A stretch of DNA of 64,000 bases from NCBI RefSeq assembly GCF_009914755.1, contig NC_060944.1. One strand, 5' to 3'. The stretch's first letter is position 1, and every line of letters begins with the position of its first letter. Of this stretch, positions 53,001 through 64,000 are shown one piece after another. A program made the position numbers and the translations under genes. This stretch comes from the human T2T-CHM13v2.0 reference genome, Homo sapiens. Below the pieces are notes generated by a model. It saw only the letters and a list, made by a program, of their open reading frames with translations. It ran no database searches and was not told the origin of the DNA.

Positions 53001-56000
53001 AGCAGGTTGGAAACACTCTTTTTGTAGTATCTGGATGAGGACATTTGGAGCGCTTTCAGGCGTATGGTGAAAAAGGAAATATCTTCCCGTAAAAACTAGA
53101 CAGAAGCATTCTCAGAAGTTTATTTGTGATGTGTGCCCTCAACTAACAGAGTTGAACCTTTCTTTTGATAGAGCAGTTTTGAAACACTCTTTTTCTAAAA
53201 TCTGCAAGAGGATATTTGGATAGCTTTGACGATTTCGTTGCAAACGGGAATGGCTTCATATAAACTCTAGACAGAAGCATTCTCAGAAACTTCGTTGGGA
53301 TGTTTCGATTGAAGTCCCAGTGTTGAACATTCCCTTTTATAGAGCAGGTTGGAAACACTCTTTCTGCATTCCCTGGAAGTGGACATTTGGAGCGCTTTCA
53401 GGACGACGGTGAAAATGGAAATATCTTCCAATAAAATCTAGATAGAAACAACGTCAGAAACTTTTATGTGATGGATCTACTCAGCTAACAGAGTTGAGCC
53501 TTTCTTTTGAGAGAGCAGTTTTGCAACACTCTTTTTGTGGAATATGCAAGTGGATATTAGGGCAGCTTTGAGGATTTCCTTGGAAACGGGAATACATGTA
53601 AAAAGCAGACAGCAGCATTCTCAGAAACTTCTTTGTGATGTTTGCATTGAAGTCACAGAGTTGAACATTCCCTTTGAGAGAGCAGGTTTGAAACACGCCT
53701 TTTGTCATATCTGGAAGTGTCCATTCGGAGCGCATTCAGGCTTGTGTTGAAAAAGGAAATATCCTCCCATAAAAACTAGACAGAAGCATTCTCAGAAACT
53801 TATTTGTGATGTATGTACTCAACTAACAGAACCAAACCATCGTTTTGAAGGAGCAGTTTTGAAACACTCTTTTTGCGGAATCTGCAAGTGGATATTTGGC
53901 TAGCTGGGAGGATTTCGTTGGAAACGGGATTACATACAAAAAGCAGAGAGCAGCATTCTCAGAAACTTCTTTGTGATGTTTGCATTCAAGTCACAGAGTT
54001 GAACATTCCCTTTCATAGAGCAGGTTTGAAACACTCTTTTTGTAGTATCTGGATGTGGACATTTGGATCGCTTTCAGGCCTATGGTGAAAAAGGAAATAT
54101 CTTCCCATGAAAACTAGACAGAAGCATTCTCAGAAACTTATTTGTGATGTGTGCCCTCAACTGACAGTGTTGAACCTTTGTTTTGATAGAGCAGTTCTGA
54201 AACACACTTTTTGTAAAATCTGCAAGAGGATATTTGGATAGCTTTGAGGATTTCGTTGGAAACGGGAATGTCTTCATGTAAACTCTAGACAGAAGCATTC
54301 TCAGAAACTGCTTTGGGATGTTTCAATTGAAGTCCCAGTGTTGAACATTCCCTTTCATAGAGCAGGTTTGAAACACTCTTTTTGTACTATCTGGAAGTGG
54401 ACATTTGGAGCGCTTTCAGGTCTACGGTGAAAAAGGAGATATCTTCCAATAAAAACTAGATAGAAGCAATGTCAGAACTTTTTTCATGATGTATCTACTC
54501 AGCAAACAGAGTTGAACCTTTCTTTTGAGAGAGCAGTTTTGAAACACTCTTTTTGTGGAATATGCAAGTGGGTATTAGGCCGGCTTGGAGGATTTCGTTG
54601 GAAACGGGAATACGTATAAAAAGCAGACAGCAGCATTGTCAGAAACTACTTTGTGATGTTTGCATTCAAGTCACAGAATTGAACACTCCCTTTCACAGAG
54701 CAGGTTTGAAACACTCTTTTTGTAGTGTCTGTAAGTGAACATTTGGATTGCTTTCAGGCCTAAGGTGAAAAAGGAAATATCTTCCCATAAAAACTAGACA
54801 GAAGCATTCTCAGAAACTTGTTTGTGATGTGTGCCCTCTACTGACAGAGTTGAACCTTTCTTTGTAAAGAGCAGTTTTGAAACACTCTTTTTGTAGAATC
54901 TGCAAGAGGATATTTGGATAGCTTTGAGGATTTCTTGGGAAACGGGAATGTCTTCAGATAAACTCTAGACAGAAGCATTCTCAGAAACTTCTTTGGGATG
55001 TTTCAATTGAAGTCACAGTGTTGAACATTCCCTTTCACAGAGCAGGTTTGAAACACTCTTTTTGTAGTGTCTATAAGTGAACATTTGGCGTGCTTTCAGG
55101 CCTAACGTGAAAAAGGAAATATCTTCCCATAAAAACTAGACAGAAGCATTCTCAGAAACTTGTTCGTGATGTGTGCCCTCTACTGACAGAGTTGAACCTT
55201 TCTTTGCAAAGAGCAGCTTTGAAACACTCTTTTTGTAGAATCTGCAAGAGGATATTTGGATAGCTTTGAGGATTTCGTTGGAAACGGGTATGTCTTCAGA
55301 TAAACTCTAGACAGAAGCATTCTCAGAAACTTCTTTGGGATGTTGCATTCAAGTCACAGAGTAGAACATTCCCATTCATAGAGCAGATTTGAAACACTCT
55401 TTTTGTAGTATCTGGAAGTGGACATTTGGAGCGCTTTCAGGCCTAGGTTGAAAAAGGAAATATCTTCCCATAAAAACTAGACGGAAGCATTCTCAGAAAC
55501 TTACTTGTGATGTGTTTGCTCAACTAACAGAATTGAACCATCGTTTTGAAGGAGCAGTTTTGAAACACTGTTTTCGTGGAATCTGCAAGTGGATATTTGG
55601 CTAGCTTTGAGGATTTCGTTGGAAACGGGATTACATATAAAAAGGAGACAGCAGCATTCTCAGAAACTTCTTTGTGATGTCTGCATTCAATTCACAGAGT
55701 TGAGCATTCCCTTTCATAGAGCAGGTTGGAAACACTCTTTTTGTAGTATCTGGATGAGGACATTTGGAGCGCTTTCAGGCGTATGGTGAAAAAGGAAATA
55801 TCTTCCCGTAAAAACTAGACAGAAGCATTCTCAGAAGTTTATTTGTGATGTGTGCCCTCAACTAACAGAGTTGAACCTTTCTTTTGATAGAGCAGTTTTG
55901 AAACACTCTTTTTGTAAAATCTGCAAGAGGATATTTGGATAGCTTTGAGGATTTCGTTGCAAACGGGAATGGCTTCATATAAACTCTAGACAGAAGCATT

Positions 56001-59000
56001 CTCAGAAACTTCGTTGGGATGTTTCGATTGAAGTCCCAGTGTTGAACATTCCCTTTTATAGAGCAGGTTGGAAACACTCTTTCTGCATTCCCTGGAAGTG
56101 GACATTTGGAGCGCTTTCAGGACGACGGTGCAAATGGAAATATCTTCCAATAAAATCTAGATAGAAACAACGTCAGAAACTTTTATGTGATGGATCTACT
56201 CAGCTAACAGAGTTGAACCTTTCTTTTGAGAGAGCAGTTTTGCAACACTCTTTTTGTGGAATATGCAAGTGGATATTAGGGCAGCTTTGAGGATTTCGTT
56301 GGAAACGGGAATACATGTAAAAAGCAGACAGCAGCATTCTCAGAAACTTCTTTGTGATGTTTGCATTGAAGTCACAGAGTTGAACATTCCCTTTGAGAGA
56401 GCAGGTTTGAAACACGCCTTTTGTCATATCTGGAAGTGTCCATTCGGAGTGCATTCAGGCTTGTGTTGAAAAAGGAAATATCCTCCCATAAAAACTAGAC
56501 AGAAGCATTCTCAGAAACTTATCTGTGATGTATGTACTCAACTAACAGAACTAAACCATCGTTTTGAAGGAGCAGTTTTGAAACACTCTTTTTGCGGAAT
56601 CTGCAAGTGGATATTTGGCTAGCTGGGAGGATTTCGTTGGAAACGGGATTACATACGAAAAGCAGACAGCAGCATTCTCAGAAACTTCTTTGTGATGTTT
56701 GCATTCAAGTCACAGAGTTGAACATTCCCTTTCATAGAGCAGGTTTGAAACACTCTTTTTGTAGTATCTGGATGTGGACATTTGGATCGCTTTCAGGCCT
56801 ATGGTGAAAAAGGAAATATCTTCCCATGAAAACTAGACAGAAGCATTCTCAGAAACTTATTTGTGATGTGTGCCCTCAACTGACAGTGTTGAACCTTTGT
56901 TTTGATAGAGCAGTTCTGAAACACACTTTTTGTAATATCTGCAAGAGGATATTTGGATAGCTTTGAGGATTTCGTTGGAAACGGGAATGTCTTCATGTAA
57001 ACTCTAGACAGAAGCATTCTCAGAAACTGCTTTGGGATGTTTCAATTGAAGTCCCAGTGTTGAACATTCCCTTTCATAGAGCAGGTTTGAAACACTCTTT
57101 TTGTACTATCTGGAAGTGGACATTTGGAGCGCTTTCAGGTCTACGGTGAAAAAGGAGATATCTTCCAATAAAAACTAGATAGAAGCAATGTCAGAACTTT
57201 TTTCATGATGTATCTACTCAGCAAACAGAGTTGAACCTTTCTTTTGAGAGAGCAGTTTTGAAACACTCTTTTTGTGGAATATGCAAGTGGGTATTAGGCC
57301 AGCTTGGAGGATTTCGTTGGAAACGGGAATACGTATAAAAAGCAGACAGCAGCATTGTCAGAAACTACTTTGTGATGTTTGCATTCAAGTCACAGAATTG
57401 AACACTCCCTTTCACAGAGCAGGTTTGAAACACTCTTTTTGTAGTGTCTGTAAGTGAACATTTGGATTGCTTTCAGGCCTAAGGTGAAAAAGGAAATATC
57501 TTCCCATAAAAACTAGACAGAAGCATTCTCAGAAACTTGTTTGTGATGTGTGCCCTCTACTGACAGAGTTGAACCTTTCTTTGCAAAGAGCAGTTTTGAA
57601 ACACTCTTTTTGTAGAATCTGCAAGAGGATATTTGGATAGCTTTGAGGATTTCTTGGGAAACGGGAATGTCTTCAGATAAACTCTAGACAGAAGCATTCT
57701 CGGAAACTTCTTTGGGATGTTTCAATGGAAGTCACAGTGTTGAACATTCCCTTTCACAGAGCAGGTTTGAAACACTCTTTTTGTAGTGTCTATAAGTGAA
57801 CATTTGGCGTGCTTTCAGGCCTAACGTGAAAAAGGAAATATCTTCCCATAAAAACTAGACAGAAGCATTCTCAGAAACTTGTTCGTGATGTGTGCCCTCT
57901 ACTGACAGAGTTGAACCTTTCTTTGCAAAGAGCAGCTTTGAAACACTCTTTTTGTAGAATCTGCAAGAGGATATTTGGATAGCTTTGAGGATTTCGTTGG
58001 AAACGGGTATGTCTTCAGATAAACTCTAGACAGAAGCATTCTCAGAAACTTCTTTGGGATGTTGCATTCAAGTCACAGAGTAGAACATTCCCATTCATAG
58101 AGCAGATTTGAAACACTCTTTTTGTAGTATCTGGAAGTGAACATTTGGAGCGCTTTCAGGCCTATGTTGAAAAAGGAAATATCTTTCCATAAAAACTAGA
58201 CCGAAGCATTCTCAGAAACTTATTTGTGATGTGTTTGCTCAACTAACAGGATTGAACCATCGTTTTGAAGGAGCAGTTTTGAAACACTGTTTTCATGGAA
58301 TCTGCAAGTGGATATTTGGCTAGCTTTGAGGATTTCGTTGGAAACGGGATTACATATAAAAAGGAGACAGCAGCATTCTCAGAAACTTCTTTGTGATGTC
58401 TGCATTCAATTCACAGAGTTGAGCATTCCCTTTCATAGAGCAGGTTGGAAACACTCTTTTTGTAGTATCTGGATGAGGACATTTGGAGCGCTTTCAGGCG
58501 TATGGTGAAAAAGGAAATATCTTCCCGTAAAAACTAGACAGAAGCATTCTCAGAAGTTTATTTGTGATGTGTGCCCTCAACTAACAGAGTTGAACCTTTC
58601 TTTTGATAGAGCAGTTTTGAAACACTCTTTTTCTAAAATCTGCAAGAGGATATTTGGATAGATTTGAGGATTTCGTTGCAAACGGGAATGGCTTCATATA
58701 AACTCTAGACAGAAGCATTCTCAGAAACTTCGTTGGGATGTTTCGATTGAAGTCCCAGTGTTGAACATTCCCTTTTATAGAGCAGGTTGGAAACACTCTT
58801 TCTGCATTCCCTGGAAGTGGACATTTGGAGCGCTTTCAGGACGACGGTGAAAATGGAAATATCTTCCAATAAAATCTAGATAGAAACAACGTCAGAAACT
58901 TTTATGTGATGGATCTACTCAGCTAACAGAGTTGAACCTTTCTTTTGAGAGAGCAGTTTTGCAACACTCTTTTTGTGGAATATGCAAGTGGATATTAGGG

Positions 59001-61943
59001 CAGCTTTGAGGATTTCGTTGGAAACGGGAATACATGTAAAAAGCAGACAGCAGCATTCTCAGAAACTTCTTTGTGATGTTTGCATTGAAGTCACAGAGTT
59101 GAACATTCCCTTTGAGAGAGCAGGTTTGAAACGCGCGTTTTGTCATATCTGGAAGTGTCCATTCGGAGCGCATTCAGGCTTGTGTTGAAAAAGGAAATAT
59201 CCTCCCATAAAAACTAGACAGAAGCATTCTCAGAAACTTATCTGTGATGTATGTACTCAACTAACAGAACTAAACCATCGTTTTGAAGGAACAGTTTTGA
59301 AACACTCTTTTTGCGGAATCTGCAAGTGGATATTTGGCTAGCTGGGAGGATTTCGTTGGAAACGGGATTACATACAAAAAGCAGACAGCAGCATTCTCAG
59401 AAACTTCTTTGTGATGTTTGCATTCAAGTCACAGAGTTGAACATTCCCTTTCATAGAGCAGGTTTGAAACACTCTTTTTGTAGTATCTGGATGTGGACAT
59501 TTGGATCGCTTTCAGGCCTATGGTGAAAAAGGAAATATCTTCCCATGAAAACTAGACAGAAGCATTCTCAGAAACTTATTTGTGATGTGTGCCCTCAACT
59601 GACAGTGTTGAACCTTTGTTTTGATAGAGCAGTTCTGAAACACACTTTTTGTAATATCTGCAAGAGGATATTTGGATAGCTTTGAGGATTTCGTTGGAAA
59701 CGGGAATGTCTTCATGTAAACTCTAGACAGAAGCATTCTCAGAAACTGCTTTGGGATGTTTCAATTGAAGTCCCAGTGTTGAACATTCCCTTTCATACAG
59801 CAGGTTTGAAACACTCTTTTTGTACTATCTGGAAGTGGACATTTGGAGCGCTTTCAGGTCTACGGTGAAAAAGGAGATATCTTCCAATAAAAACTAGATA
59901 GAAGCAATGTCAGAACTTTTTTCATGATGTATCTACTCAGCAAACAGAGTTGAACCTTTCTTTTGAGAGAGCAGTTTTGAAACACTCTTTTTGTGGAATA
60001 TGCAAGTGGGTATTAGGCCAGCTTGGAGGATTTCGTTGGAAACGGGAATACGTATAAAAAGCAGACAGCAGCATTGTCAGAAACTACTTTGTGATGTTTG
60101 CATTCAAGTCACAGAATTGAACACTCCCTTTCACAGAGCAGGTTTGAAACACTCTTTTTGTAGTGTCTGTAAGTGAACATTTGGATTGCTTTCAGGCCTA
60201 AGGTGAAAAAGGATATATCTTCCCATAAAAACTAGACAGAAGCATTCTCAGAAACTTGTTTGTGATGTGTGCCCTCTACTGACAGAGTTGAACCTTTCTT
60301 TGTAAAGAGCAGTTTTGAAACACTCTTTTTGTAGAATCTGCAAGAGGATATTTGGATAGCTTTGAGGATTTCTTGGGAAACGGGAATGTCTTCAGATAAA
60401 CTCTAGACAGAAGCATTCTCAGAAACTTCGTTGGGATGTTTCAATGGAAGTCACAGTGTTGAACATTCCCTTTCACAGAGCAGGTTTGAAACACTCTTTT
60501 TGTAGTGTCTATAAGTGAACATTTGGCGTGCTTTCAGGCCTAACGTGAAAAAGGAAATATCTTCCCATAAAAACTAGACAGAAGCATTCTCAGAAACTTG
60601 TTCGTGATGTGTGCCCTCTACTGACAGAGTTGAACCTTTCTTTGCAAAGAGCAGCTTTGAAACACTCTTTTTGTAGAATCTGCAAGAGGATATTTGGATA
60701 GCTTTGAGGATTTCGTTGGAAACGGGTATGTCTTCAGATAAACTCTAGACAGAAGCATTCTCAGAAACTTCTTTGGGATGTTGCATACAAGTCACAGAGT
60801 AGAACATTCCCATTCATAGAGCAGATTTGAAACACTCTTTTTGTAGTATCTGGAAGTGGACATTTGGAGCGCTTTCAGGCCTATGTTGAAAAAGGAAATA
60901 TCTTCCCATAAAAACTAGATGGAAGCATTCTCAGAAACTTACTTGTGATGTGTTTGCTCAACTAACAGAATTGAACCATCGTTTTGAAGGAGCAGTTTTG
61001 AAACACTGTTTTCGTGGAATCTGCAAGTGGATATTTGGCTAGCTTTGAGGATTTCGTTGGAAACGGGATTACATATAAAAAGGAGACAGCAGCATTCTCA
61101 GAAACTTCTTTGTGATGTCTGCATTCAAGTCACAGGGTTGAGCATTCCCTTTCATAGAGCAGGTTGGAAATACTCTTTTTGTAGTATCTGGATGAGGACA
61201 TTTGGAGCGCTTTCAGGCGTATGGTGAAAAAGGAAATATCTTCCCGTAAAAACTAGACAGAAGCATTCTCAGAAGTTTATTTGTGATGTGTGCCCTCAAC
61301 TAACAGAGTTGAACCTTTCTTTTGATAGAGCAGTTTTGAAACACTCTTTTTGTAAAATCTGCAAGAGGATATTTGGATAGCTTTGAGGATTTCGTTGCAA
61401 ACGGGAATGGCTTCATATAAACTCTAGACAGAAGCATTCTCAGAAACTTCTTTGGGATGTTTCGATTGAAGTCCCAGTGTTGAACATTCCCTTTTATAGA
61501 GCAGGTTGGAAACACTCTTTCTGCATTCCCTGGAAGTGGACATTTGGAGCGCTTTCAGGACGACGGTGAAAATGGAAATATCTTCCAATAAAATCTAGAT
61601 AGAAGCAACGTCAGAAACTTTTATGTGATGGATCTACTCAGCTAACAGAGTTGAACCTTTCTTTTGAGAGAGCAGTTTTGCAACACTCTTTTTGTGGAAT
61701 ATGCAAGTGGATATTAGGGCAGCTTTGAGGATTTCGTTGGAAACGGGAATACATGTAAAAAGCAGACAGCAGCATTCTCAGAAACTTCTTTGTGATGTTT
61801 GCATTGAAGTCACAGAGTTGAACATTCCATTTGAGAGAGCAGGATTGAAACACGCCTTTTGTCATATCTGGAAGTGTCCATTCGGAGCGCATTCAGGCTT
61901 GTGTTGAAAAAGGAAATATCCTCCCATAAAAACTATACAGAAG
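32035..61943 (+). repeat. Eleven tandem 16-mer HOR copies (H13-H23)
   Basis: ORF anchors recur at an exact 2719-bp period from 32121 to 62030. Confidence 0.95.
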
Positions 61944-64000
61944 CATTCTCAGAAACTTATCTGTGATGTATGTACTCAACTAACAGAACTAAACCATCGT
62001 TTTGAAGGAGCAGTTTTGAAACACTGTTTTTGCGGAATCTGCAAGTGGATATTTGGCTAGCTGGGAGGATTTCGTTGGAAACGGGATTACATACAAAAAG
62101 CAGAGAGCAGCATTCTCAGAAACTTCTTTGTGATGTTTGCATTCAAGTCACAGAGTTGAACATTCCCTTTCATAGAGCAGGTTTGAAACACTCTTTTTGT
62201 AGTATCTGGATGTGGACATTTGGATCGCTTTCAGGCCTATGGTGAAAAAGGAAATATCTTCCTATGAAAACTAGACAGAAGCATTCTCAGAAACTTATTT
62301 GTGATGTGTGCCCTCAACTGACAGTGTTGAACCTTTGTTTTGATAGAGCAGTTCTGAAACACACTTTTTGTAATATCTGCAAGAGGATATTTGGATAGCT
62401 TTGAGGATTTCGTTGGAAACGGGAATGTCTTCATGTAAACTCTAGACAGAAGCATTCTCAGAAACTGCTTTGGGATGTTTCAATTGAAGTCCCAGTGTTG
62501 AACATTCCCTTTCATAGAGCAGGTTTGAAACACTCTTTTTGTACTATCTGGAAGTGGACATTTGGAGCGCTTTCAGGTCTACGGTGAAAAAGGAGATATC
62601 TTCCAATAAAAACTAGATAGAAGCAATGTCAGAACTTTTTTCATGATGTATCTACTCAGCAAACAGAGTTGAACCTTTCTTTTGAGAGAGCAGTTTTGAA
62701 ACACTCTTTTTGTGGAATATGCAAGTGGGTATTAGGCCAGCTTGGAGGATTTCGTTGGAAACGGGAATACGTATAAAAAGCAGACAGCAGCATTGTCAGA
62801 AACTACTTTGTGATGTTTGCATTCAAGTCACAGAATTGAACACTCCCTTTCACAGAGCAGGTTTGAAACACTCTTTTTGTAGTGTCTGTAAGTGAACATT
62901 TGGATTGCTTTCAGGCCTAAGGTGAAAAAGGAAATATCTTCCCATAAAAACTAGACAGAAGCATTCTCAGAAACTTGTTTGTGATGTGTGCCCTCTACTG
63001 ACAGAGTTGAACCTTTCTTTGCAAAGAGCAGTTTTGAAACACTCTTTTTGTAGAATCTGCAAGAGGATATTTGGATAGCTTTGAGGATTTCTTGGGAAAC
63101 GGGAATGTCTTCAGATAAACTCTAGACAGAAGCATTCTCAGAAACTTCTTTGGGATGTTTCAATTGAAGTCACAGTGTTGAACATTCCCTTTCACAGAGC
63201 AGGTTTGAAACACTCTTTTTGTAGTGTCTATAAGTGAACATTTGGCGTGCTTTCAGGCCTAACGTGAAAAAGGAAATATCTTCCCATAAAAACTAGACAG
63301 AAGCATTCTCAGAAACTTGTTTGTGATGTGTGCCCTCTACTGACAGAGTTGAACCTTTCTTTGCAAAGAGCAGCTTTGAAACACTCTTTTTGTAGAATCT
63401 GCAAGAGGATATTTGGATAGCTTTGAGGATTTCGTTGGAAACGGGTATATCTTCAGATAAACTCTAGACAGAAGCATTCTCAGAAACTTCTTTGGGATGT
63501 TGCATTCAAGTCACAGAGTAGAACATTCCCATTCATAGAGCAGATTTGAAACACTCTTTTTGTAGTATCTGGAAGTGGACATTTGGAGCGCTTTCAGGCC
63601 TATGTTGAAAAAGGAAATATCTTCCCATAAAAACTAGACGGAAGCATTCTCAGAAACTTACTTGTGATGTGTTTGCTCAACTAACAGAATTGAACCATCG
63701 TTTTGAAGGAGCAGTTTTGAAACACTGTTTTCGTGGAATCTGCAAGTGGATATTTGGCTAGCTTTGAGGATTTCGTTGGAAACGGGATTACATATAAAAA
63801 GGAGACAGCAGCATTCTCAGAAACTTCTTTGTGATGTCTGCATTCAATTCACAGTGTTGAGCATTCCCTTTCATAGAGCAGGTTGGAAACACTCTTTTTG
63901 TAGTATCTGGATGAGGACATTTGGAGCGCTTTCAGGCCTATGGTGAAAAAGGAAATATCTTCCCGTAAAAACTAGACAGAAGCATTCTGAGAAGTTTATT
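61944..64000 (+). repeat. Partial HOR copy H24 (m1 to start of m13), truncated by the window end
   Basis: Same monomer order as the earlier copies. Confidence 0.95.

Larger units (their letters stand above)
1..64000 (+). repeat. Centromeric alpha-satellite HOR array, dimeric SF2 type; probably the human chr20 active array (D20Z2 / S2C20H1L)
   Basis: Monomers of 167-172 bp begin CATTCTCAGAAACT and carry hallmark alphoid motifs (GAAACACTCTTTTTGTAG, GGAAATATCTTCCCATAAAAACTAGACAGAAG). A CENP-B box or its remnant occurs in every second monomer. The ORF track repeats at 2719-2720 bp. The alpha-satellite call is essentially certain; the chr20 call (~0.75) is inferred from SF2 type plus 16-mer length. 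Confidence 0.99.

Noticed and set aside
174-63946. About 170 short ORFs (61-103 aa) on both strands, e.g. MRNLQVDIW..., MLLSRVYMK..., MEDISIF...
   Set aside because: They recur with the HOR period, mostly start at non-ATG codons, overlap on opposite strands, and gain or lose frames through single satellite variants. They are translation artefacts of alpha satellite.
1-64000. CRISPR-like appearance (conserved AGAAGCATTCTCAGAAACT recurring between variable stretches)
   Set aside because: The intervening sequences are homologous to one another (171-bp monomers), not unique spacers, and there are no cas genes.
1-64000. Hidden L1/Alu insertion, inversion, or novel gene system
   Set aside because: HOR spacing (2719/2720/2377 bp) accounts for the whole window with no extra sequence, and the orientation never changes.

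Overview
The whole 64 kb window is one uninterrupted, same-orientation array of primate centromeric alpha-satellite DNA (~171-bp monomers). It is organised as a highly homogeneous 16-monomer higher-order repeat (HOR) of 2719-2720 bp. There are 23 complete copies (H1-H23, my numbering) starting at 88, 2808, 5527, 8247, 10966, 13685, 16405, 19124, 21843, 24562, 26939, 29658, 32035, 34754, 37473, 40192, 42911, 45630, 48349, 51068, 53787, 56506 and 59225, plus a partial H24 from 61944. CENP-B-box monomers alternate with pJ-alpha-type monomers, and the box context (GATAGCTTTGAGGATTTCGTTGGAAACGGG) is that of dimeric suprachromosomal family 2. An SF2 16-mer best fits the active human chromosome 20 array (D20Z2 / S2C20H1L); this assignment is from recalled knowledge, not a search. 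I see no genes, RNA genes, transposons, CRISPR arrays or inversions, and all listed ORFs are satellite artefacts. I find no evidence of a previously undescribed gene system. What deserves a second look is array evolution: two 14-mer deletion variants that remove the one dimer with a dead CENP-B box, a 5096-bp (16+14-mer) tandem duplication, local expansions in steps of 1, 2 and 3 HORs, mosaic copies, a 6+4+6 internal substructure, and patchy CENP-B box loss. Variants were read by eye, so the lists may be incomplete.
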